Program-made: the position numbers and the translations under genes | Source: Cyanophora paradoxa CCMP329 | Taxonomy: Eukaryota > Plantae > Glaucophyta | Length of the DNA stretch: 64,000 nucleotides | Assembly: GCA_004431415.1 (NCBI GenBank) | Contig: QPMI01000610.1 | Coordinates: forward strand, 124,001 to 188,000 | Direction: 5' to 3' | The notes under the pieces: model-generated | What the model saw: only the letters and a program-made list of their open reading frames with translations | The model's database searches: none | What the model was told of the DNA's origin: nothing | Shown: positions 1 to 11,000 of the stretch, piece by piece | How the letters are laid out: the number at the start of each line of letters is the position of its first letter | How positions within the stretch are numbered: position 1 is the stretch's first letter

Positions 1-3000
1 TGCAGGAGGCCATGACGAGCTCGGTGAGGGAGCCGTTGCGGGCGAGCATGCCGGCGAGGGCCTGCGCGCCGCTGTCCAGCAGGTGGTTCCGCCCCATCGT
101 CAGCTTCTTCACCCCCCGGCTCTCCTTCAGCGCGTCGCAGATCGCGAAGATGCCTGCGCGCCGCCGCGTCGGAAATCGACCCGGCCGCGCTGGAGGCGCT
201 CCGGGGCGCACCGCCCTCGCCGAGGTGGCAGTAGTCGAGGTCGAGGGCCGTCAGCTGCGCCCCGTCAGGGCGGGAGGGGCAGAGGGCGCGGGGGAGAGGG
301 CGGGGCGGGGCGCCTGGCGGGAGGAGCGGACGCCCTCGGAGACGCCGTGCGCGTCGGCTGGGGAGCAGCCGAGGCCGGCGAGCGGGAGGGAGCCGGCGCG
401 GTCCATCAGGAGCGCCCACGCCGGCGCCAGGCTCATGTGCTCGACCGCCCGCGCCATGTCCCGGCTCTTGCGGTCGAACCAGCGCCCCGCCTCGCCGCCC
501 CGCGCCGCCGCGTGCGCCTTCTCGACGAAGACCGCCGCGAGCCGCCGGTGCCACGCCCCGTCCCGCTCCGCCCACCCGGGCACCTGCTTCTCCTGCGCCG
601 CCGCCCGCCCGCCCGCCCGGCTCGGCTCGGGGCGCGGACGCGAGCGAAGAGCTCCAAAAGCGCACGGGGCGGAGGTGCTCGCAGTGGGCGGCCACGGCGA
701 AGTCGGGGCAGGCGGCCGGGCACTGGCAGAGGTACCGCCCCCGCACCGCCTGCCACGCGAGTGGGCGAGTGGGGCGGGGCGGGGCGGGCGGAAGGGGCGC
801 ACGCGGGCGACGGCGGCGTGGCGGAGGGCGTAGTAGTCGCCGTCGGGCCCCGGGGCGCGGCGGTGGCAGAGGGCGGCGACGCCGGCGTGCCAGGCGGTCG
901 CCCACGCGGCGGCGGCCTGGGGCCCCGCGGCGGCGGCGGCGTCGCGCTCGGCGATGCCGGCGCGAGAGAGGGCGAGGACGGAGAGGATGGCGGCGGCGGC
1001 CTCGCGCCCGACGGCCGCCTCGACGCGCTCGAGCAGCGCCTGCACGGCCGCCTGCACCGTCCCGGGGCAGCGCCCGGCGTCCCCGCCCGAGAAGCGCACG
1101 AGGGCCTGGGCGAGGGCGAGGAAGAGCGGGAGGCCGCCGTCGGGGCGCCGGGCGAGCCCCGCGGCGTCCCCGGCCCACGGGTCGGCGCGGCGGGGGCCCC
1201 AGGGCAGGCCCGAGGCGGCGGCGGCGGCGAGAAGCGCCCCCGCCTCGCCCTCGGCGCGGCGCTCGAGCTGGACGAGGGCGGCGCGCTTGGCCTGCGCGGC
1301 GCGGAGCAGCGCCCCGCGGGAGGCGTCGACGGCGACGAGGAAGTGGACGTGGCTCGGGGCCCCCTCGATGGGGAGCCAGTCGAGGGAGTCGCCGGCGCCG
1401 AGCTCATCGGCGCCGTCCACGACGACGAGCACGGGCGCCCCGTGCGGGAGCTCCTGGCAGAGCCGCGCCGCCGCCTCCGCCAGCTCCTCCGCCTCGTTCG
1501 CCGGCGGCACGTCCGTCTCCGGCAGGCCCAGAATCGCCGCCAGCTGCAGGCAGACCCGCCTGCGCCGGCGCAGGTCAGCGCGAGAGGGCGCGGGGGGTGC
1601 GCGGCGGGGCGCACCGGAGGGCGTGGGGGACGGAGGGCGCGCGCGCGCAGGCCTCGGGGAAGTAGGCCGCCACCGCGCCCCAGCCCGAGCTACGGGGGGT
1701 ACCAGCGTCAGGGGATGAGGTGGGGGTGAGGACCACGGGTACGCGTACCCGGGCTGCCAGGCGTCGACGCAGAGGCGAGCGAGGAGGGAGGTCTTGCCGG
1801 CGCCGGCCTCGCCGGCCAGCAGGGTGCAGCGCGCCTGCGCCGCCCGCTGCCAGACCGACTGGACCGTCGCCGCGCCGCCGGAGGGGACGTAGTGGCGCGC
1901 GGCGGCGGCCGCCCAGCGCCGCATTTCCCGCTCGTCCCGCACCACGTCGTCGTCCGGGTCCTGCGCCCCGCGGCCGCTCAGCTGGGCGCCGGGCGGGCGG
2001 GCGGGGCGGGGCGGGGCGGGCCTGGACGCCGGCGCGGCCGGAGCCGTACTCGGCGAGCGCGGCGCGGCTGAGGGAGTCGAAGAGGGGGCCGGCGAGCTGC
2101 TGGAAGCCGCCGCGGCCGGCGGCGTCGTAGCGGAGGGTCGTTGGGGCGAAGCGCTGGGCGAGGCGGGCGGCGAGGGGCGCCCCGTCGGCGCCGCTGGCGA
2201 GGGCGGCAAAGGCGCGCAGGCGCTGCGCGGGGCCGGCGAGGGCGCCGTACTCGCACTCGAGGGAGAGGGGCCCCGCGGGGCGCGGCAGGCGGTGCGGCAG
2301 GAGCGCCGGCGGGTCGGGGCCCAGCTGCCCCTCGCCCCAGGAGCGGACCACCGCCATGAACCACGGCCGTGCCCGGTCGATCTCCGCCGCCACCAGCGAC
2401 CCCGGCAGCTCCCGCGTGCCCTTCCTCAGGTCTGCGCCCCCCCGCGTCGGCGGCGGCGGCGGCGGCGGCTGGCAGCGAGTGGCGCGGGGGGCGGACCAAC
2501 GGGCTCGAAGCAGATGCGGTGCACTCTGCCCCAGCGGTTCAGGCGCGGGAAGATCGCCTGCTCCAGCTGCTCCCGCTCGCCGCCCTGCGCGCGCGCGCGC
2601 TCAGCGGCCCGCGCCGGCCGGAGATTCAAACGAGATGCCGGCGCACGGCGTCGGACGAAGAAGCTATGTAGACCCGCACGACGGCCCACCCGCGATCACT
2701 GCCCCGACCGGCAGACGACCCCTGCGCGTGCTCCAGGGCCAACGTCACAGCCTGCTCCATCCCCATCTGCGGACGGTCGGCGCGCGCGGCGGCGAGGGAG
2801 CGCTCCTGGCGACGCTTGCCTCTCCCTGAGGCTGCGGAGGCGGAGCCGCATACTGGACGGCGGGCGGGCTTGCGATCTGGACGTTGACTTGCGTCGGACT
2901 TACGATGCTCTCAACGAACCGCTCGCGCTGAGGTTGCACGGCTGGATCGGGTCTGCTGCTGACAGCAGCTGTCTGCTTTGCTGAGCTGGAGCAGCAGCCC

Positions 3001-3002
3001 AT
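1..3002 (-). CDS. DUF4062 + NACHT/STAND NTPase (TEP1/NWD1-like), multi-exon; 3' end runs off the window
   Basis: Starts MGCCSSS at 3002. Spliced exons give VRVYIASSSD...EREQLEQAIFPRL...DLRKG...AEIDRARPWF (DUF4062-like), Walker A TLLAGEAGAGKTSLLARL and Walker B LVVVDGADEL followed by LDWLP. Confidence 0.75.
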
Positions 3003-3258
3003 GCCGGAGCACTCAAGCGAGTTCCCTCAAACGGCCAGCGTGCTGCTGCTGGCGAAAGGATGCGGAAATTGAGACTAGCACGTACAGCGCAGGCGCTGTC
3101 GTCGACTCGCTAGATCCTGCAGCCCGGCCGCAGTTTTTGAGCGCAGCGCGCGCGTACCCCCACGCCAAATTTGATTCTCGATAGCCGCTCCACGCGCTGC
3201 TACATCCGCAAAAGACGTTATGCATAGTTTCCGCAGGCCAGGCTCGCCTCCGGCGGCG

Positions 3259-4460
3259 ATGTCACCGCGGTGTCCCGCGCCCGCGTTGTCCATGTCGTGA
3301 CCCGCAGACCGATATCACGCTGACCCGCCTCGACCTCGCCAACAACGAGCTCTACGACGAAGATGCACAGCTTCCGCCGCCAGCTTCCGCCGGCGCGGCG
3401 CTGCGCACATGCATGCGGCGCCGCGGCCGGCGGGCAGGCCTCCAGGAGCTGGCGGACGTCTGCCGAACTGGCGCTGCGCACGCTGCGCCTCTCGAGCTCG
3501 AAGAACAGCGTCGGGCCCGACCGCTCCGGTGCGCATGGCCTCGCGCCGCCCCGCCCCGCCCCGCAACGGCGCCGCGCCGCTGAGGCGGGGCCAGGCCCGC
3601 CGCCGGAGCCGGCGTTCGGGGCGTTCCTGGCGCGGAACCGGAGCCTGCAGGAGCTGCTCCTCGCCGACTGCGGCCTCGGGCCCAAGCGCCCGCCCCGGCC
3701 GCCCCGCCCCGCCCGGCGCGGCTGACGGGGGCAGGGTGCGGGGCGCTGCTGGAGGCGCTGGGGCAGAACGGCGGCCTGCGGAGGCTCGACCTCGCCTCCA
3801 ACGGCCTCACCGACGACGGCCCGCCCCGCCCGCGTCCGCGCACCCTCCCGCCCTCCGGCGCCGACGGGGCGCGCAGTGGCGGGCGCGGCGGCGGCGGCGC
3901 TGCGGCGGAACGCGACCCTCACGCACCTCAACCTCGAGGGCAACCCCGCCCCCGCCCGTCCGCCCCGCCCTGGCCCCCGCCGGGGGCGGGGCGGGTCGAG
4001 CGGGGGGCGGGGGCAGTGTTCGCGGCGGTGGCGGGGGCGGCGGGGGAGGCGGCGGCGCTGCAGGAGCTGGCGCTGGACGCGCGGGTGGTGTCGGCGCAGG
4101 GGGCGCGGGAGCTGGCGGGCGCCCTCGCGCGCTCCCGCTCCCTCCGCTCCCTCCGCCTCCGCGGCGCCCAGCTCCGCGACGACGAGGGCCGCGCCCTCGC
4201 CAAGGCCCGCCCCCGGCCCGCCCGGGCCGCCCGCCGCGGGGCTGAGGCGGGGCGCAGGGCGTGGCGGAGTCGGCGGCGCTCGAAGAGCTCGACCTCCTCG
4301 GGGGGAACCTCTCCCCGCACGGTCCGCCCCCGCCCCGCCCCGCCCGCCCCGCCGCGGCGGACGCTGAGGGGCGGGGCCAGCGCACGTGGCGCTGCTGGAG
4401 GCGCTGCACCTGAGCCCGCGCGTCGCCGCCAAGTTCTTCTTCGAGTGCGACTTCTACTGA
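3259..4460 (+). CDS. Leucine-rich repeat protein (ribonuclease-inhibitor/NLRC3-like LRRs), multi-exon
   Basis: Exonic repeats LTRLDLANNEL, NRSLQELLLADCGLGP, LRRLDLASNGLTDDG, NATLTHLNLEGN, LRSLRLRGAQLRDDEG and LEELDLLGGN. Ends FFECDFY* at 4460. Start codon uncertain. Confidence 0.75.
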
Positions 4461-4869
4461 GGCCGGCCCCGCCCCCGCGCCCCCCTCCCCCTCTAGATTT
4501 ACACCCCTGTATGCCTCGCTGTCCATAATTGGTATTAATATTGAATTGATTGCCTCAATGCCTCGCGCTTGCGTGATTGGTATTAATATTGAAATTCGAA
4601 GGTAGGGCTTCTGCACACGCAACGCCGAATTGAACGCTGCTATGTTCTTGATCATGAAGTTGCTTGCAGTACACAGACTTTCATGTTTGGAAGATGATCA
4701 TGACATCAAATTCGCAATTGTTTGAAAGATGATCATGACACAATTCACCAAAAACATTCACATCAAAATAAGCAATTTGTCTAGTAGACTTTTAGTTCGA
4801 AAGATGATATCAAACTCAAAATATCATTTTATAAATATTAAAAGAAGCCCAGTACTAGTACTAGTACAT

Positions 4870-7529
4870 TTAGAACCAGGAGCTTTTCTTTTTCTGCTCG
4901 GCCTCAAGCTGCTCGAGCTGCTTCTGAAGTTTAAGGTAATCTGCATGTTGCTTCTCAAGCTTCTGGTTCTGCTGCTCGAGCTTTTGCAATTCGATCTTTT
5001 GCTTCTCGAGCTTCTGCTGATCACGTTTTTTCTGTTCGATTTGCTGCTGCTCAAGCTGCTCGAGCTGCTTTTGAAGTTTTTGGAACTCTGTCTGTTGCTT
5101 CTCGAGCTTCTGCTGCTCGAGCTTTTGCCATTCAAGCTTTTGCTTCTCGAGCTTCTGCTGTTCAAGCTTCTGCTGCTCGATTCTCTGCTGCTCAAGCTGC
5201 TCGAGCTGCTGCTGAAGTTCTCGGAGCTCAGATTTTTGTTGCTCAAGCTTCTGCTGCTCAAGCGTTTGCCATTTCAACTTCTCTTCCTCGAGCTTCTGCC
5301 GTTCAAGCTGCTGAAAATCGATTTTCTGCAACTCAGAAGCTTGCAGCTGCTTCTGAAGCTCGAGTTTCTGGCTGTGGATCGAGAAGAAGCAAATCGCGAT
5401 GACCAGCGCAATACCCGATGCCGACCAGAGCGCTGTTTCCCTTCGCTTGCGCTGCCTCCGTCTCTGTTGCTGCTGCTCACGCTCCTGCTGCTCACGCTCG
5501 ACCTGTGCAGCAGTCTCCATTTCTCGCAGCAGTCTCTGGTTGTGCCTCTGCGTCTTTCTGCATACATGCACGCGTATGAATTTTCTGAGAATGGAGAAAG
5601 ATAGATTCGAATACATTAAAAGCACTGACAGATCGCTGGCCTCGATGATGTCGTGGTAGCTTTCGGAGAACAAAAGGTCGCGTACAAGGCCGAGGTCCGA
5701 GTGCGCCGGGTCGTCCACTGTACATGTGCATGCCCTCCTAACGATCAGCACGAAGGAGAATAACGTATTCAGGACGCTGGGTAGATCTAGAGCGCACCGA
5801 AGCAGGATCCCCAGTTGTACCTGCGGTAGAGACGGCCTTCTTCCGAGGCTTCCGTGGAGGTCACGATCGAGTAAGGCTGCACGGGGCCAAAAGCTCCCTG
5901 CGCAGGTAGATTTAGTTCCAAGTTCGTACTAATGCGCATGCAGGCCCTCATGATCAGTTGGTCGACGTCATGATTTTCTAGCTATATCTAGCTAGCTAGC
6001 TTAAGCCATGGTCATGATCATGATTATGATCATTCAAAAAGCGGGAAAAGCGGGCGAACCCTGACGCCCCTGTTGATGTTGCAGGTGAAAGTTTCGATGT
6101 TGTTCTCGCCAAGACTCTCCCGCACCTTGCATGTTATGATGCATCCATATGCATAAGCACATGTGCACGTGCACGCATATGCATGCGCACATGCAGTAAA
6201 GGGAACAACGAGCACGTGCACCTGGGTTGAGAATTGCGTGGCCTCGTTCGTGGTCATGGCGTCCGACTTGGCGATGACGACAACCAGGTTCGTGAGTTCG
6301 CCGAGCCGCCGCAGGACTTGCACGTCGAATTCGGCGAGACGGCTGCCGAGCTCGAGTTGGATTTGCAATTGCGATCAAGGAACAGACCTAGATCTAGATC
6401 TAGATCTAGATTGCAGATGCATATGCAGACATGTACAGGGATGCAGAATTACAAAAGATAGGGCTCACCTGTGTGGCGCGATGAAATAGATAACGACGTG
6501 AACCCGAGGATCGGGGTCCCTCACTTCGCTGTACAGCCGCATTTTCTGCATCTCCGAATATCTCACATAGCAGCCGTTGACGTAATCCTCCACGCCCTGG
6601 AGCCTGTTGAGACATTAATAAATATTCGCTCTTCAGGCGCACGGCATCCAGATTAACGGACCAGCTCATGCCGTTCAGCGACGTGTAGCCGGGGAAGTCG
6701 ATGAAGGTCATGTCCAGGTTCGAGCCGGGCAGGGGCGGCACCGGAATCTCCCGCCGCTCCCTCGTCGGCTCCCGCAGGTCGAACCTGCGCGCGAATTTTG
6801 ATTTGATCAGAATCAGAGCGCAAGCGCAAGTTAACTGGCTGACCTTCTCGCGATGTCCTCGAGATCATTCTTTTGCAGGCCGTACTGGTGGAGGAGAGAG
6901 AAGATCGCCGTCGTCTTTCCTGTTCGCAAGCATGATCATGATCATGAGCTCGAGGGTGCGCGCGCGCGACTGCTGCAGCTTCATACGACGCGCGCGTACC
7001 GAGGCCCTCCGCGCCTAATCATGTGCATTCGCATGATCATGATCACGTGCACGTTCATGTCATGATCAGAGCGCGCGCGCGAGCGATCGGGGGCGCGTGG
7101 GAGGGGTCCAGAACGGACCAACGACTCCGACGTTGAGTTTGCGACGTTTGCCATCCTCCGGAACGCGCAGGGCGTCCTTGGGCGCGCGAGTCGGATCTTG
7201 GGGTTCAAGATCCTCCATAGGCGGGATGGTCGACATGTCCATCATGCTGCTGGTCGGGCTCGTGGGTTCAGCTCTTCCTGTTCCAGAAGGGCCAGCGCGG
7301 TCGACGAAGACGTAGACGGCAGCTGCAATCAAGGCGCCGGCGAACGCGAGCTGTCAGCTGGCAGCCGCGCGTTCGAGGCTGGGCGCATGCGCACGCGCGC
7401 GCAGTCTAAATGGCTAGGGAACGTACTTTCGATGGCGCCCGCGTGCTGAGAACCTGAACCAGCAGTGGCTCCAGCTGTCGCCTTTGGACCGTCGCTGTCC
7501 GGATCCACGTCGCCGTCAACGTGCGCCAT
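4870..7529 (-). CDS. Septin GTPase with C-terminal transmembrane helix and pentapeptide-repeat coiled coil
   Basis: Spliced motifs: G1 NVGVVGAEGLGKTT, G3 FIDFPGY, DPRVHVVIYFIAPH, G4 VVIAKSDAMT, septin-unique element RRYNWG...DPAHSDLGLVRDLLF. These are followed by hydrophobic ALWSASGIALVIAICFFSI and (Q/K)KLEQ repeats. Confidence 0.85.
4905..5365 (-). repeat. Coding 15-bp (5-aa, KLEQQ-like) tandem repeat in the septin C-terminus
   Basis: Recurrent CTGCTCGAGCTT/CTCAAGCTT units on the + strand; translation QKLEQQKLEKQKLEWQKLEQQ... Confidence 0.85.
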
Positions 7530-8094
7530 CGCCGGTGATGAGCGAACGAACTGGTGAGCGATAAAAAGCCTTCACTCTGGCCGACACTGCCTGGCCGCTT
7601 GGCAGCGCTCAGCTGCAGCCAAGCGCTATAGCGCTAGCTGTCACCTGACTGCCTGACACGTACCCCAGGTTTGAGCGAGTCGCGTACGCGTACCCCCCTG
7701 CTCAGACATCATCTGAGACATGACCACTGCATGCGCATGTCACAGTGTCATGATCATGAGCACCCCCATTCCAGAGCCCTACCTGCCCGCAGCTACAGAG
7801 GCGGCGTTCAGCAGTTCTAAGTTAGCGAACTTCACACTAGCCTGGTACGAAGCACTCTGAAATTAAACCTAGCCGAGGGCGATCTAGACAGCTGCAGATC
7901 GGCGGGAGGAACTACGCGAAGCGGAAGGGAGCGGAAGGGCGGGAGAGGAAGTACGTGCAGCCGCAGGCGGGAGTCAAAGAGAGGTCGGAGGCAGAGGGGG
8001 GTGCGGCTGCAGCTGCGCTGGGGAAGGGGGTTGATGGAGGCCGGCGGCTGGCCGGGGCTGAGGCCTAACTACGTATACAGAGCCGCGGCGGGGG

Positions 8095-11000
8095 CTATAT
8101 TTGCTTGACGGTGAGGTCGAGGCGGATGTTCATCGCCGCGAGCTCGTGCGCCAGGTACACCAGCACGTACCTGCCCCCGAAACGGTTCAGACCGCGGGAG
8201 AGAAGTGGGCGGGGGCGGGGGCGGGCGGGGCGCACGGGACGTTGACGGTGGTGATGGAGCGGTTGCCGGCGTCGCCGCAGGCGCGGCAGACGTAGGCGCC
8301 GCCCATGGGCCCCCCCTTTAGGCCCGGCGGCACGAGCGTCTCGGCGACGACGGCCGTCTCCTTGAGGGTGGTGCCCATGGCGGCGGCGACGGCGGCGGCC
8401 TCGGCGACCTCGGCGGCGCGCCCGTGGGCCGACTCGTAGCGGCGGTGGACGGCGACGAGGCTCCCGCACTTGCCGCAGACTTGCGCGCGGTGGTCGTCCG
8501 AGCAGCGCATGAGGCGGTCGTAGAGGAGGTAGGAGCAGCCGTGCGCCAGCAGCGAGTCGCGCTCCATCTCGCCCAGGCGGATGCCGCCCCCGACCTTGCG
8601 CCCCTTGACCGGCTGCCTGTGCAGCTGGTTCACCGGGCCCGTCGACCGGACCTGCGCGCCCGCAAACACAAGCTCAGCTCGGCCGTCAAACGTGTTTGAG
8701 ATAGAGCCAGACGGGCCTGGTACTTGTCGGAGACCATGTGGCGGAGGCGCTGGTAGTAGACGACGCCGATGAAGATGTCGGCGTGGAACTCCGTCCCCGC
8801 GATCCCGCTGTACATCGCCTCGTTCCCAAGCCGCTGGTACCCCGCCGCCGCCAGCTGCGCGGGAGGGGCGGCGTCAGCGTCAGAAGGAAGGCAACAGACG
8901 TGTGCTTTTCACGCCCCGGCGGCCCGGGGCTCAATTTGGCAGTCCGCTAGATCATCAGCAAGTGACGGAAAACGGAAAAGCGGGAAGAGAACGGCGCGGG
9001 GATCAGAAGGAAGGCAACATGGGTTGGTGTTTCATGCCCGTAGGCTCAAAAATCGCAATATCCATAGTCTCGTCAGATCGCGCAGCTCTAGATCAAAGAA
9101 ACGTGAAAAACAAAGATCAAATCATAACGTGGATCAGAGGAAGGCAACTGGTTTTATGTTTCACGCCCGTAGGCTCAAAAGCGCATATCCATGTTATCGT
9201 CATTTCACGTTTAGCTTTAGAGAACGGATCGGCGCGGGGATCAGAAGGAAGGCAACATGGGTTGGTGTTTCACGCCCGTAGGCTCAATAATCGCAATATC
9301 CATAGTCTCGTCAGATCGCGCGGCTCTCAAAAAAACATGAAAGAAAATAAGATCAAACGGCGCGGGGATCAGAAGGAAGGCAACATGGGTTGGTGTTTCA
9401 CGCCCGTAGGCTCAATAATCGCAATATCCATAGTCTCGTCAGATCGCGCGGCTCTAGATCAAAGAAACGTGAAAAACAAAGATCAAATCATAACGTGGAT
9501 CAGAGGAAGGCAACTGGTTTTATGTTTCACGCCCGTAGGCTCAAAAGCGCATATCCATGTTATCGTCATTTCACGTTTAGCTTTAGAGAACGGCTCGGCG
9601 CGGGGATCAGAAGGAAGGCAACATGGGTTGGTGTTTCACGCCCGTAGGCTCAATAATCGCAATATCCATAGTCTCGTCAGATCGCGCGGCTCTAGATCAA
9701 AGAAACGTGAAAAACAAAGATCAAATTATAACGTGGATCAGAGGAAGGCAACTGGTTTTATGTTTCACGCCCGTAGGCTCAAAAGCGCATATCCATGTTA
9801 TCGTCATTTCACGTTTAGCTTTAGAGAACGGCTCGGCGCGGGGATCAGAAGGAAGGCAACATGGGTTGGTGTTTCACGCCCGTAGGCTCAATAATCGCAA
9901 TATCCATAGTCTCGTCAGATCGCGCGGCTCTCAAAAAAACATGAAAGAAAATAAGATCAAACGGCGCGGGGATCAGAAGGAAGGCAACATGGGTTGGTGT
10001 TTCACGCCCGTAGGCTCAAAAATCGCAATATCCATAGTCTCGTCAGATCGCGCAAAAAAAGACCGAGGCGCTATCCCCGAGCCCGCCCATCTAGACCCTC
10101 GAAAACGAAAAGCTAGTGCTAGCCGCCCCGCTAAAAGCGTCGCCAAGAGGGAGGCCTGGCACCTGCTCGGCGAAGTAGTCGACAGCGCGCTGCTTCTCGT
10201 CGAAGCGGAAGGGGGTGCCGTCCTGCCAGAGCCCGTGCAGCGCGCCGGCCTTGCCCGCCATCGACTCGATGAGCATCCCGATCGTCATGCGCGACGGGAA
10301 GGCGTGCGGGTTGATGATGACCTGCGCGGCGAGCGCTTAGCTGGGTGGGCGCCCAGAGGCGGGAGGCCCCGCCGCGCGAGGGAGGGGTCGCCGCCGCACG
10401 TCGGGGCGGATGCCGGACTCGGAGAAGGGCATGTTCTCGTCGGGCCAGAGCTGGCTCATCACGCCCTTCTGCCCGTGCCGCGACGAGAACTTGTCCCCCA
10501 CGATCGGGTTCCGGTTGAAGCGCAGCTTGACGCCCACCTTCTGCACCTCGTTCTCGTTCGTCCCTGCGGCCCCGCCGCCGTCCGTCAGGGCGCGCGAGGG
10601 GCCACGCGAGGCGGGGGAACGCGGAGGGGGCACCGAGGACCCGGACTTCCTCGACGAAGGCCGGCTCGTTGTACTTGTACTCGACGATCTTCGCCCGCTG
10701 TGGGGGCGCGCGACCGCGCGTGAGGCCCGCCCGGCGCGCCCAGCGGCGCGGCGGGCGGTGCGGGCGGACCTGGGTCGTGTCGTCGTAGTACGCGTAGAAG
10801 GGGTCGCCCTTCCGGATCGGCTGGCCGACGAAGCTGCGCGGCGGCGACTGAGTAAGCTTCCGTGGAGAGCAAAGGCTGGCGGGCGGGGCGGGGCGCACGG
10901 GAGGCCGTCGGCGTCGATCTTGTCGGGGGCGAGGAGCTTGTTGGGGTCCTTGGGGTCGCGCCCCGTGAAGTGGTGCGTGATCGGCATGCCCCGGATCTGC

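Larger units (their letters stand above)
8855..10162 (-). other. Unusually long (1308 nt), lower-GC intron of RPA2 hosting the C/D array
   Basis: Donor CAG|GTGCC at 10162 and acceptor GCGCAG|CTG at 8855 join DYFAEQ to LAAAGYQ. Branch-like GCTGAC at 8873-8878. Confidence 0.9.

Noticed and set aside
4729-5604. Leucine-rich 291-aa plus-strand ORF
   Set aside because: It is the antisense shadow of the septin KLEQQ repeat.
8880-10053. CRISPR array or prokaryotic TIGR-Tas locus
   Set aside because: It lies in a spliceosomal intron, the spacers are themselves repeated, units are 107-131 bp, and no cas or Nop-domain gene is present. The rRNA-complementary box C/D model explains it better.
8902-10723. 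Plus-strand ORFs of 327 and 366 aa across the array
   Set aside because: These are translations of the repeat antisense to RPA2, with frames shifting between units and no protein motif.
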